A DNA stretch of 36,383 nt from Chiloscyllium plagiosum (Eukaryota): positions 105,710,297 through 105,746,679 of the forward strand of contig NC_057718.1 of the NCBI RefSeq assembly GCF_004010195.1. The letters are read 5' to 3'. Of the stretch, positions 21,633 through 33,464 are shown piece after piece; position 1 is the stretch's first letter, and the number at the start of each line of letters is the position of its first letter. The translations under genes were made by a program, and so were the position numbers. The notes under the pieces are model-generated. The model made no database searches. It was not told the origin of the DNA and worked only from the letters and a program-made list of their open reading frames with translations.

Positions 21633-23444
21633 CTAATTAAAACAGAAAAATATTCCTTTGACAACTTTCTTCCGTAAAATATATTTTCTTCTCATTCCAG
21701 AAATCATGTACAGTATTTTTGTTGCATCTTATAACCTTTAAACTGTGGAATAAATAAAAAATTCAGGCCACATTCGCTGTGACAAGCTTTTCATGGTTCA
21801 AAGATCATCTTGTTCGGTACTTCTTACTAAACATTTAAATAAATGTTAACTCTTATCTTAAGGTCCACATTCAGATATTAAGTGGCTTCCTGTCACTGTT
21901 CAGAATATGTCATTTGCATAGACTGTTTCCGTTAAAAAATATAAAATCTGCTTTAATGTTAATTTTAAATAATATTTCTAACCATACCAAAAAAGTGAAA
22001 ATAAATGTTACTGGTTTTAATACAACCACTTGCATAGCTTTGAAACCAGTTTTAGTTTAGCTCAGAAAATGACAGTCATTAAACAATGTCAAACATGCGC
22101 TTATTTGTTCATTTTCTTTCTGCACCTTTACAAAAGTAGTTAGAGAGAAAAAATTAGGCAATTAAAAATAAGCATTAATTTATAGTTTTATCATCAGCCA
22201 GATATAAAAACAACAACCAATTTAACCTAACATTAAACTTCTTAGATTGATATAAAGCTCTTTGTGGAAACAAATTTCATCATGGACTAGGTTTCAGTTT
22301 TTTTAAGGCAACTTTCCATTCACTATCAATAGGAAAGCAAGATGATCCTGTCGGTATAAAAAACACAATTGGTCAATTAGCCTGCTCTTGTGTCTTATAC
22401 TTGATCGACCTCTATTTTGCTGTGGTAAACCATTTGACAAGGAAACAAACAACTAGGCACTTTCAGTGCACATCACATGTCAGTCTTGAAGCTTGCCTTC
22501 CAGATCCATCTGTCATTCATGAACTTCCAATAAGACGAAGATACTCGAATGAAAGATGAGGATGACAGGACCAAATTTAACCTGCTGACAGAAGGGGTCT
22601 CTGAGGAATATTCCAGTCATCGCTAGTTTAAAACTTTAGAAGTAAAAGGGTAAAGGTATTAAAAGTATTACTGACTCAAAACGACTGTTGAGTTTTGGAA
22701 ACACAATTTGAATTTAGAATTGTAACACTATTAGTTTCTAATTAATTTCATTGGTTAACACCAAATATAAAGCAATAAAGACAATGGTTAGAAAGTAAGG
22801 CATTAAAATAAATGCCATAAGCAACAAACCATGTAACTTGTGGTCTTGCATGCATCAGTCAGAGGTTGTACTGATGCAAATAGATTGTAGAGTTTCAGAA
22901 AACATCAACACTTGGCAGCATTTTTAGGCCACATACCACTGACTCAAACTAACACTTTAAAAGGTTCAAATGACTGTCCTCCAGGCGGGGGAGTTTGGAG
23001 AGAATCTAACTCAATCTTCCTAAGCACTTAAAAAACATCCAAATTCTTATCTCAGACCTACTACTTACAATCCACAGGTTTGCTTGATCCATTCCAAGCC
23101 TCTGAATTTCTGCTTCCTTTCTCCTAACATCTTCAATACTGATGATATCTTACACTATAAGCTAAGGTCCCACAACTACATTCCTCAGTGGTAAAAAAAA
23201 GACAGTGAAATTACAAAAAATAAACCAGTTATAATTTAAAAACAAATGAATTGGAACGTGGAAGATGAGAAAAGACAAATGTTTTCATTAATGCTTACAT
23301 AATCCTGCAAAGGTTCCTCCTTATAAACTTAAGCTGCCATTATTAAAATGATCTCCACTAATTTCACCCTTGAATGTCGGCAAATTCTTGGGAAACTACA
23401 TTCTCCCACTAAGCAGGCATAGCTCTATTAGCAATAACTATATT

Positions 23445-24620
23445 TTTAAAAAATTCATTCATGGGATGCTGTCATAGCTGGCCAGGTCAGCATTTATTAC
23501 CCACCTCTGTGTTTCCAGAGTCACTTGTAGGCATGGACGGAAATTTCCTTCCCTAACGGACATTTGTAAATGAGATGGTCTTTTTTTCAATAATTGACAA
23601 CGATTTCATGTTCATTATTTGACTCAACTTCAAACTTTTATTGAATTAAAATTTCAAGTCATACAGCATGGAAGCAGACTCTTCGTTCCAACTAGTTCAC
23701 ACCAACCATGTTCTCAAACTAAACTAGTCCCACTCGCCTGCATTTGGCCCATATCCCTCCAAACCTTCTCTATTCATGTACTTATGCAAAATGTCTTTTA
23801 AATGTTGCAAACTGTACCTGCCTCCACCACTTCTATGGCAGTTCATTCTACACACAAACCAAACTTGTGTTATTTTAAAAAGAAAGTTGCCCCTCATGTC
23901 CTTTTTAAAACTTTTGCCTCTCACCTTTAAAAATACGCCCCCTTGTTTTGAACTCTCCCACCCTAGAGAAAAGATCTGCCATTCCCCTTAGCAATGTCCC
24001 TCATGACCTTATAAACCCCGATAAGGTCACCCCTCAGCCTCTGAAGCTCCAGTGGAAAAGGTCCCAGCCTATCCAGCCTCTCCTTACAACTTAAACCCTC
24101 CATTCCCAGCAACATCCTGGCAAATCTTTTCTGATCCCTCTCCAACTTAATAATACCCTTCCTATGGCAGGGTGACACATTACTCCATAAGAGGCCTCCA
24201 AATGTCCTTTACAATCTCAACATGACATCCCAACTCCTATACTCAAAGGGCTGAACAATGAAGGCAAGTGTGCCAAATGCCTTAACCACCCTGTTTACCT
24301 GTGTCGTAAATCTCAAAGAATCATGTACCTGAACCCCTAAGGTTCTCTGTTATATAATACGACCCAGGGCCCTACGATTAATTGTACAAGTACTGCCCTT
24401 ATGTTTTACAAAATGCAATACCTCGCACTTAACCAAATTAAACTCCATCTGCCACTCCTCAGCGCATTGACCTGATTGATCAAGATGTCTTTGTAATCTT
24501 AGATAGCCTTCTTCACTGTTCACTATGCTACCAATTTGATTCAAACCCAGGTCCTCAGAACATTACCTGGGTCTCTGAATTAATAATCTAGCAATAATCT
24601 CACTTGGCCATTACATCCAC
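23445..24620 (-). mobile_element. Family B SINE split by a HER1 LINE fragment
   Basis: The SINE 3' part is 23445-23656 and the 5' head is 24538-24620 (gattcaaacccagg is the B box on the minus strand). Confidence 0.65.
23657..24537 (-). mobile_element. HER1/CR1 LINE, 3' ~0.9 kb
   Basis: Minus-strand ORF remnants WQMEFN..KCEVLHF and LE.RLRGDLI.VYKVM. Confidence 0.88.
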
Positions 24621-25311
24621 TGCAATTTGCAATTCCTACATTTCAAATGTCAGAATTCAACTGAAGAAATGATCTGTCCAAAAGCTGCAAAACACTGCTC
24701 AGTAAGAAAGGAGAATTTTTAAAGATTTTAAAAGACTAAGATCTAAACTTGGTACACAATTGTTCCAAGCCTGACAACCTAAACCCACCACATTCTCAGT
24801 GCTTTTCTCAGAAGCTGTTCAATACATTTCTGGAAGAATTTAATTAATTATGTTGACATAGTAAATGCAATGCTTCACAAAATGGAAAAGATGTTCCCAA
24901 GGACCGAACCAAATTAGCCATTCACCTGGTCCCACCTGAGCTGAAGAAAAATCTGACCAGTTCGGACACGGGGTGAAATGTAAATAAATAAATAGACATC
25001 TTTTATGGTCTAAGCTGCAGTATTTATTCATGCAACCGTCTCCTTTGATGCATTTTATAGAAGAAACGTACTGGAAACTTAATTGACTAAACTAAAGTGC
25101 ATGAAATTGGATGCTCTGACTATATGATTTTTAATACCTATTAAACTCAGCTTACATAGGTGAACAAACAGGTAATGATCTCTTTCAGCATCATTGAAGG
25201 TTTAAGTGTATCCATCGGATAGCACCCGTAAGTTTTTAAGATATTAGCCTGTATGCTATTAGGTATACAAAACAAATTCAAATCAGATATTGGAATATTT
25301 TAATAACATAC

Positions 25312-25573
25312 TCATCTAATTCCTCCTCCTCTGTTTTTGTTGTATCAGCATAGAGGTACTTGCTCATGTCCACAGGTTTGACATTCTGCCTCTTCATTGG
25401 TTTAGGTGGTTCTATTGCTTCTATCCTATTTTCAATAATCCTGTCAGGTTGAGGATCATATACATCAAAGGGATTGAGAGAATTCTCATACTGTTCATTA
25501 AAAGGATTGTTAGGATCATTATCGTAGAAGGATTCTTCTGGTCTTGCGGCTGACATTGTTCCAATATTTCTCT
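25312..25573 (-). CDS. EHBP1: EHBP1 (EH domain-binding protein 1) internal coding exon, NPF-motif region
   Basis: Translates (E)RNIGTMSAARPEESFYDNDPNNPFNEQYENSLNPFDVYDPQ...KPMKRQNVKPVDMSKYLYADTTKTEEEELD(E). This matches the recalled vertebrate EHBP1 segment RKNIRPVDMSKYLYADSSKTEEEELDE and carries two NPF motifs. Acceptor tttgtttgcag|AG (phase 1), donor GA|gtatgt (phase 2); 262 bp. Confidence 0.95.
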
Positions 25574-25769
25574 CTGCAAACAAAGTTATGAGAGATTTAC
25601 ATTTGAAGTAAAACAGTTAAATGTAAAATAAATGACAGCACAGAAAATTCCTGCAAAACCTAAAATGATTATACAATTGAAGCAAAAACACAATTCTTAC
25701 TTCCATACATTTCTCTTTCTACAAAAAAAGTTGACAAGAAGAAAAGCAGGCTTTCCCAGCAAGTGTTTA

Positions 25770-26185
25770 ACATTGGAATGCAATGCTTGAGAGCATGGTG
25801 AAGGTAGAATCATAAAGTCATATGACATAGCAGCAAATAGGCTATGAAGCCCATCAAGTCTGCTCCGTCATTCAATGAGATCATGGCTGATCTGATAATC
25901 CTCAATTCCATTTTCCTCCCTTTCCTCATAATCCTCGACTCTCTTACTGATTAAAAATCTATCTCAGCCTTGAATATGCTAAACAATCTAGCCTCGACAA
26001 TCCTCTGCAGTAAAGAATTCTACAGATTTACATTACTCTGACAGAAGAGTGAATTGGATAACTATCTGGGCAGAAGATTTATTAGAGCTGCAGGAAAAAG
26101 GTGATTAGCTGAGGTGCACTTGCATAAATTCACAGTGGCACAACAGCATGAATGGCCTTCCTTGTGTGCTCCATCGTCCTATGAT
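25770..26185. mobile_element. Nested CR1 3' fragments (minus-strand copy 25815-26045 inside a plus-strand remnant)
   Basis: ttcaatgagatcatggctgatct is the reverse complement of the CR1 3' end. Confidence 0.6.
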
Positions 26186-26479
26186 ATTACCTTCAAAATG
26201 ATAGCATTCTGGGAACACCTGTGACATTGAGTAGGAAGCTACAATGAAGAGTGACTGAGGGGGAAATGCACATGCCCAGTGAAAAATCTCATAGCAATAT
26301 CCTCACAGACGATAGGGGTGTACACAATACATCAGCAGTTAATTTGTGTGGCTTAGTTCACAAACACTTCATGCAAGTGGCTATTATATCTATGAATCTT
26401 TCACAGCAATGCCTACAAACAAAAATATATTTCTGAAATGAATACCAGAACAAGCAGCATTTTTTTCACACAATGCAAG

Positions 26480-26780
26480 AAAAATCCTTTCACTGGAAAT
26501 CTAGAATGCAGGACATAATCTCCTGATAAAGGGCATATCATTTAGTACAGACAATGAGCAGAAATGTCTCCACTCAACAGCTTGTGAATCTGTGAAATTC
26601 TGCAACCTAGAGGGTCATAGATGCTCCATCACTGAATATACCCAAGACTGAGATACAGACATTTTTGATCTCTCAAGGAATCGAGGGATTTGTGAGTGGG
26701 TGGGAAAGTGGGGTGGAGAGAGAATGTTAGTCATGACCATATCAAACAGCAGAGCAGGATGGAGGGTTCCTCCTGATTCA
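26480..26780 (+). mobile_element. CR1 LINE 3' fragment
   Basis: Homologous to 9720-10020. Confidence 0.65.
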
Positions 26781-27070
26781 TTTATTTATAAATGTTTTAC
26801 TCACATTTCACAGTTACATAAACAAAACAAATCTATGTAACATAGATAGATTTGTAACATGTAACATGCTGTAGCTGAATGAACCAACAGCATCTTGTAC
26901 ATTGTCAGTTACGTTCCTTTCCCCTTCATGTTTAGCTCAGATAAAGTTAAACTTTGCCCACAGTGAGGTAAGCATATACATTTACATAACAATAAAGGTC
27001 AAATCCACAAAGTAGAATTGAAAAATGTTACAGGAAGTAATTATAGCACTTGCAGGATGTACGTTCTATA

Positions 27071-27266
27071 CAGTCAGTCCCTGCATTGCAAATGGGTTCC
27101 ATTCAGGAGTCTATTTACAAAGTGATTTGTATGCAATTCAGAACAGCTGTTCATAAGTATAGGAAATATTCATATGGCAGGTCTTAAAATTACACCCTGG
27201 ATGGATCGCATTCATAAATAAGAGTACTCGTAAGTCAGACATTCATGAATCAGGGAACCCCCAATA
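27071..27266. mobile_element. Probable decayed Tigger/pogo-type MITE
   Basis: Begins TA|cagtcagtccc and ends gggaacccc..ta, with recurring cgtaagtc-like motifs. The TIRs are degenerate. Confidence 0.4.
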
Positions 27267-27414
27267 CATAGGATTTTTAGTCTATATATAACAGATCTGC
27301 CACAGTGTCACTCACTGAGTCAATGGTGTTCATATTTTATAACCTACAAGACTGCAGAAATGATCCAATTGCAGGAAAATACTGCATTCATCCAATGGTT
27401 ATCAGCCCAATTGT

Positions 27415-27800
27415 GTTTTTTAATTTATGCATTTATGGGATGTGGGCATCTACATTAATTGTCCCACACCCCCCAACTGCCTCTTCACCCTGCTTGAACC
27501 ATTGCAGTCCACACAGTTTTAATTCCTTTGAGATTTCATAGCAGTTTGATACAACTGAGTAGTTCATTAGTCATCTCAAAGGGCATTTGCAGGTGAACCA
27601 CTTGGCTGTGGATCTGGAGTCACAGATAAGCCAGACAGGTACAAAAACAGAAATTGCTGGGAAAACTCAGCAGGTCAGGCAGCACTTTAGAGAGAAAGCA
27701 AAGTTAACATTTTGGGTCCAGTGACCCTTCTTCAGAACAGGTATGAGTGATAGCCTTCCTTCACTGGGCCAGTGACATTACAGCTACATCACCACCTCTC
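27415..27800 (-). mobile_element. Family B-related SINE or LINE 3' piece hosting a PLE mini-insertion
   Basis: atgggatgtgggcatc...gctgtggatctggagtcaca..gccaga is the reverse complement of the family B 3' half. Confidence 0.6.
27642..27736 (-). mobile_element. 95-bp Penelope-like family 3 mini-insertion with a hammerhead motif and 7-bp TSD
   Basis: ACAGGTA at 27635-27641 and 27737-27743. The minus strand reads gtt-CTGAAGA-A-GGGTC(actg)GACCC-AAAA-TG-TT-aac, with a G12A change. Confidence 0.85.
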
Positions 27801-28130
27801 CAAGTCAGCCTTTTTTCATAGGGTAATCTCTTCTTCTCAGGGACGAGTCACATGAAGTCCTCTCCTCAGAACTGTTTCTAATGTAATTGCATTCATTTTC
27901 AAATAAAGAGGGTGAAACTGTACACAGTATTCCAGATGTGTTTTTAACCAATGTCCTGTACAACTGTAACTAAACTTCCCTACTTTTATTTTCCATTCCC
28001 TTTGTAATAAACAATATTTCATTCGCGTTCCTTGTCACCTGTGCTCCTGCATGCTAACATTTTGCGATGCATGAACTAGGATCCTCCTGTGCCTGAGTTC
28101 TGCAGTTTATCTCCATTTAAATTGTATTCT
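27800..28130 (-). mobile_element. CR1 LINE fragment
   Basis: ORF 27837-28022 contains HLEYCVQF.P.YLK...LETV.RR. Confidence 0.75.
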
Positions 28131-28294
28131 GAATTTTACAGACTTATTGCTTTTAGGTTTACAGACTGTCTCCCTCCCTTTGAAAAGGAATCTAGACAGT
28201 TAAGTGAGTAGGCAAAAATGAAGTACTTTGTGAGAAAAAGTGAATTTGTCTACTTTGACAGGAAAAACTGATTAGAAAAAGATGAAATTGAAAT

Positions 28295-28500
28295 AGCATC
28301 CACCAGAGACACTCAGCAGGTCTGGCAGCACTTGAGGTGAGATAATGGATCAAGTCCAATAATATTCTGTTGGTCTTCAAAACTGAAGAAGTCACACTGG
28401 ACTCTAAACATTATCTCAATTTATCTCTCCACAGATGCTGAATTTCTCCAGCATTTTCTGTGTTTTGTTCAGAAGTCCAGCATCTGCAGTATTTTGCTTT
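28295..28500. mobile_element. Decayed fold-back Penelope-like family 3 element
   Basis: Left arm ctcagcaggtctggcagca; right arm ctgaagaagtcacactggactc...ccacagatgctg...ccagcatctgcag, in opposite orientation. Confidence 0.6.
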
Positions 28501-28701
28501 CACTTGCATAAAAACAAGAATGACGGTATTTGAAGAAATAGCTACTCCCAAAAAACGAGTTCCTAGGTGCTGCCTGACCAAGTCAGTGTTTCCTCTGTTT
28601 TCAGTTTCTGTTTCAGAATCCGGCTCTGAATGAGGAAATGCTTACAAGAGTTCCACCTAGTGGGAATAGGCCTGATATTACAGCATTGAAAAACATATCT
28701 A

Positions 28702-28852
28702 CGGAACAACCTCGGTAATCCGAACTTCAATTATCAGAATTTCAGGTTATCCGAACAAGATCTCAAGGTCCCGTAAAAACATTATCCAAACAATCAATTA
28801 TCCGAACAAAATACTCCCTACCCATCTCATTCAGATCATCAAAGTTATTCTG
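28702..28852. mobile_element. Tigger/pogo-like MITE
   Basis: TA flanks at 28700-28701 and 28853-28854. Imperfect ~23-bp TIRs (cggaacaacctcggtaatccgaa / ttcagatcatcaaagttattctg) and internal ttatccgaac repeats. Confidence 0.65.
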
Positions 28853-28854
28853 TA

Positions 28855-29250
28855 TTTGTATTTACATAGCACCTTTGATGTACAAAAAAAACCCACCTGA
28901 GGTGCTTCATAGGCAAAGACATCAGCTAAAATTTGGCACCAAACCAAAGTAGGATAAGTTAGGGGCAGGTGACAAAATGGAGAGTCTTACAGTCAAGGGG
29001 CAGGGTTGCAAATTGGGAAGAATTCAAGAACTCCAGGTCTAGGCAACTAGATGGTATGGTTGTCAATGGGATGGGTGGTGGAGAGGGTGCCCACCTTGGG
29101 AGTGGAAAACACCTAAGGCCAGACTTGGAGCACACACAAAGTTCTTAGAAGGATTTAGGAACTTACAGGCAGAAGTCGCAGACCCAGGGCAGAGGATGGT
29201 GGTGTAGAATTCAAAGAAAAGATAAAGAATTTTAAATACAAGGTGCAACA
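28855..29250 (-). mobile_element. Ancient L2-like LINE 3' fragment
   Basis: ttgtatttacatagcaccttt is the reverse complement of an L2/DeuSINE-type tail; very decayed. Confidence 0.4.
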
Positions 29251-29749
29251 AAATTGGAAGCTTATATAAATTAATCCATTCAGAATTGGTGAATCCCTGG
29301 GCAAATTAGAATCTGGCTACAAAAGTTAGAGTTGAGAGGCTCAAATCTACAGAGAATGGAAAATGGGAGGCCAATCTGACGGCCACTGGAATTGCCAAAT
29401 CAACAGAAAGATAGACAAGGCCCACAAGACATTTCATCATGCAACATGCCAAAAATAAAACACAAGCAGCAATCAAACATTCAGGTTTGGTAGACTTTGA
29501 CAAAATTTAGATGACGGGGAAATCTAGAATGTACTTTCCAGCCTGCACTGTTTGTTCGACAGAGGCGGAGGAGAATTTCAGCAGGACCCTGGTTACAGAT
29601 ACAAGGAACGTCTTTGTAGCTGGCCTACAGAATGTCTTTTAATTTTGCTCTTGAATACTTCTGTGCATTGTCAAGGCTGGAATTAGATGATTGCTTTCCA
29701 TAGGTGATTTTTCATCCCTCCTTTTACTTCTCCTCAAGCTAAGTGTGCA

Positions 29750-31660
29750 ACGGGCAGCATGGTTTTATGAAGGGCAAATCATATTTGACTGATTTGCTAG
29801 AGTTCTTTGAAGATGTAACAAGCAAGGTATACAATGGGGATGGTGTATATGTAATTTATCTGGACTTCTAGAAGGTGTTTGAGAAGATTCATGAGGTTGG
29901 ATCATTTGGAATTAGGGGTAATCTATTAGCCTGGATAGGTGACTGGCTGATGGACAGAAGACAAAGAGTTGGGATAATTTTTTTTCTGGATGGCAAGATG
30001 TAACTAGTGGGATGCCACAGGGTTCAATCCTTGGACCCCAGCTGTTTACAATTTACGCTAACGACTTAGATACGTACAGAAGGCTCAATGGCCAAATTTG
30101 CAGACGACACAAAAATAATCATGACAGTAAATTGCAATGAGGAAATAAGAACCTTACAAATAGGTATACATAGATTAGGAGAGTGGGCCAAAAAGTGACA
30201 GACGGAGTTTAATGTGGATAAGTGTGAGGTCATGCATTTGGGTTGAAAAATGGGAAGGCAGCCTATTACCTTAATGGGGAGAGACTTCAGAGTGCCCGGT
30301 GCTGAGAGATCTCGATGTACTAGTCACAGAAAATGAGCATGCAGGTACAGCAGATAGTAAAGAAAGCGAATGGAATGTTGGCTTTTATACATAAAAGACT
30401 AGCACATAAAGGGAAGGAAGTACTGTTGCAACTATATCAAATATTGGTGAGACTGCACCTGGAATATTATGCACAGTTTTGGTCCCTTATTTGAGGAAAG
30501 ATGCAGTGGCATTGGACGCAGTTCAGAGAAGGTTCTCTAGATTGATCCTAGAGGTGAAGGGTTTGTCATATGAAGAGAGATTGAACAGTTTAGGCCTATA
30601 CTCTCTGGAATTTAGAAGAACGAGGGGAGATCAAATTGAGGTATTCAGTATGATAGAAGGTGTGGATAAAATAGATGTGGAGCACATTCTTCCTCTTGTG
30701 GGGCATTCTAGGACAAGACGCCATAGTCTTAGGATCAGGGGTAGCAAATTTAAAACAGAGTTGAGGAGAAACTACTTCTCCAAAGGGTTGCGAATCTGTG
30801 GAATTCACTGCCTCAAAGTGCGGTGGATGCTGGGACAGTGAGGAAATGTAAGGAAGAGTTAGACAGAATTTTTTTTATTTTAATAGATATTTTTATTGAA
30901 AATTTAACGTGTTTTTACAAGCTTACAAATAAAAAAACCACAAGTACAAACACTAATATACAATTAAATCTTAAATAAATAATAGCCAAAACCTGTCAAA
31001 CAAAAAGAAGAGATACAGAGAGAAAAAAAGAAAAAGACAAAACTCAACTAACTACTAATCTAACCTATAACTAACCAGAGTGTATGATCAAATATCTTAC
31101 ATTACTCAAGAGAAAAAAAAGGATAACATAATAATTAAATAGTGAAGTACATGCTCGGAATGAATTAACATCAAGTCGTAATAAAACCAGTATTCATGTG
31201 GGATTCCTCCCCCAAGGGTCCCCGGACCAGCCATTACCTCAACTAGATGAAAGCTCTTGACAAAATGGCGAAATATCTGTATCTATATAATTCAAGAAGG
31301 GCTGCCATATTTTGTAGAATAATTCAGTCTTTTGGTGCACCATATTTGTAAGGAAGGCAAGGGGAATACATTCTATGATTAATCTGTGCCAATTCGGAAG
31401 TCCTGGAGGGCCCTCAGCCACCCAGTTTACTCAGATATTTTTCCTTGCACAAAAGGAGAGAATGGAAAATAATTTCCTCCCGTGCACATCCAGAGAAGGT
31501 TAGCTCGAGGTTAGACAGATTTTTAATTGTTAATGGGTTGAAGGAATATGGAGAGAAGGCAGGTAAACGGGAGTGAGGAGTATATCAGCCATGATCGAAT
31601 GGCGGAACAAACTTGATGGGTCAAATAACCTAATTCTGCTCCTGTATCTTATGAACTTAC
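29750..31660 (+). mobile_element. CR1 LINE, RT domain to 3' end, decayed and interrupted by an L1-like insertion
   Basis: [45 protein letters not shown] and LYSLEFRR.RGD.IEV. The 3' end resumes at 31510. Confidence 0.9.
30868..31509 (-). mobile_element. 5'-truncated L1/Tx1-like LINE with a poly(A) tail and 10-bp TSD
   Basis: GTTAGACAGA at 30858-30867 and 31510-31519. Minus-strand AATAAA plus A-tail. The ORF end ARKNI..NW...PP...W......P....F.KIWQPFLNY resembles an L1/Tx1 ORF2 C-terminus. Confidence 0.8.
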
Positions 31661-31821
31661 AAAATTAGTTTGCATTACTACACTGCTAAAGTCTGATAAA
31701 TCCAGTTTGTATTCATTAATTCATTCAACAACAGGTTCATAACTTTCAATGTTTTCTCTAAAAGTGCAATTGTGAGTGGTAGAACAATCAGGGAAGGACT
31801 CTCTGGTTACATACATACATG

Positions 31822-32040
31822 GAGAAAATGAGGTCTGCAGATGCTGCTGATCAGAGTCGAGAGTGTGGTGCTGGAAAAGCACAGCAGGTCAGGCAGCATC
31901 CGAGGAGCAGGAGAACCGATGTTTCGGGCATTACCCTTCACCAGGCTTTCCTGATGAAGGGCTAATGCCCGAAACATCGATTTTTCTGCTCCTCGAATGT
32001 TGCCTGACCGGCTCTGCTTTTCCAGCACCACACTCTCGAC
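31822..32040. mobile_element. Fold-back Penelope-like family 1 element: ~90-bp inverted arms, each carrying a hammerhead motif
   Basis: Arms 31856-31945 and 31950-32040 with a 4-nt loop CTTT. Flanked by catacatacatg and catacatatatacatg (TSD-like). Confidence 0.9.
31949..31982 (+). ncRNA. Minimal hammerhead ribozyme motif
   Basis: tc-CTGATGA-A-GGGC(taat)GCCC-GAAA-CA-TC-ga. The core is intact; the presumed stem III palindrome ACGT has decayed to ACAT. Confidence 0.7.
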
Positions 32041-32639
32041 CATACATATATACATGATAACAGTGTTCCCTTGCATTCCACTTCCATGTCTGCTAGTTAT
32101 ATGCAGGTATGAATCAACAGCTTCTATTTATTCCAAAGAATACAGAGAACTTATAGCCAATGAAGGTGTCATTACTAGTGCTATCAAGCAGCACCTGTTC
32201 AGCGACACTGAGTTTGGGTTCCACCAGGGGCCACTCAGCTCCTGATCTCATTACAGCCTTTGTTCAAATATGGTCAAAAGAGCTGAATTACAGAGGTGAG
32301 GTGAAAGTGACAGCCCTTGACATCAAGGCTGCATTCGACAGTGTGTGGCATCGGGGACCCCTAGCAAAACTGGAATCAATGAGTATCGGGGCAAACTCTC
32401 CGGTGGTCGGAGTTATACCTGACAGGTACCAGTACAAAGATGGTCATAGTTGATGGAGGTCAGTCATTTAAGCTCCAGGGCATTTGTGCAGGTGTTCCTT
32501 AGGGACAAAGGGGAAAAAAGATGGACAGAGACTGCTGCACAGTCTGATCCCACAGATGTCACTGGCTCCCTCTCAATCTCCAGTTCCTACCTCTACATCC
32601 GGGCTCCCAGCTCTCTGTCTCTCTCTCTGTCTAACATGC

Positions 32640-32945
32640 GAGGAATGGCTGAGGATCCTGGGATTGTATTCATTGGAGTTTAGAAGATTAAGGGGAGATC
32701 TAATAGAAACTTACAAGATAATACATGGCTTGGAGAGGGTGGACGCTAGGAAATTGTTTCCGTTAGGCGAGGAGACTAGGACCCATGGACACAGCCTTAG
32801 AATTAGAGGGGGTAAATTCAGAACACAAATGCGGAGACATTTCTTCAGATGGAGTTGAAATGCCCATCAGCCATGATTGAATGGCGGAGTGGACTCGATG
32901 GGCCGAATGGCCTTACTTCCGCTCCTATGTCTTATGGTCTTATGT
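32640..32945 (+). mobile_element. Young CR1 3' end with an internal deletion
   Basis: LGLYSLEFRRLRGDLIETYKI; tail atgtcttatggtcttatg; CpGs retained. Confidence 0.85.
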
Positions 32946-32976
32946 CTCACATCTTTTCTTCAATCCCCATCCTTCC

Positions 32977-33040
32977 CTAATCTAAATTCTGTTTGCTCTA
33001 ATCTAAATTCTGTTTGCTGCTAATCTAAATTCTGTTTGCT
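32977..33040 (+). repeat. Three perfect 21-bp tandem copies (ctaatctaaattctgtttgct)
   Basis: Copies at 32977-32997, 32998-33018 and 33020-33040. Confidence 0.95.
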
Positions 33041-33156
33041 CGCTTCCTTTGAGATCGCAGTCCACAAATGTCCCAGTTCCAATTCCTGGGCCGGGCCCAG
33101 TTACCACATTGCAGTGGGGTGGGGAGCTTTGTGTCAGCCTGAAGTTTAAAAAAAGT

Positions 33157-33464
33157 GGACGGCACGGTGGCACAGTGGTTAGCACTGCTGCCTCACAGCG
33201 CCAGAGACCCGGGTTCAATTCCCGACTCAGGCGACTGACTGTGTGGAGTTTCACATTCTCCCTGTGTCTGCGTGGATTTCCTCCGGGTGCTCCGGTTTCC
33301 TCCCACAGTCCAAAGGTTAGGTGAATTGGCCATGCTAAATTGCCCATAGTGTTAGGTAAAAGGGGTAAATGTAGGGGAATGGGTGGGTTGCGCTTTGGCG
33401 GGTCGGTGTGGGCTTGTTGGGCCAAAGGGCCTGTTTCCACACTGTAAGTAATCTAATCTAATCT
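33157..33464 (+). mobile_element. HE1 (V-SINE) copy
   Basis: A and B boxes, V-core with a small deletion, and (AATCT)3 tail. Confidence 0.92.

Noticed and set aside
22584..22622. Possible cassette exon between the two EHBP1 exons (pyrimidine tract, then tag|CGATGACTGG...)
   Set aside because: The donor is weak (gttaaa), inclusion would cause a frameshift or a stop, and there is no recognisable EHBP1 homology.
31807..32076. Mirror-image ORFs on both strands
   Set aside because: Artefact of the palindromic PLE element.
32977..33040. Repeat array resembling CRISPR
   Set aside because: It has no spacers and the context is vertebrate; it is a simple tandem duplication.
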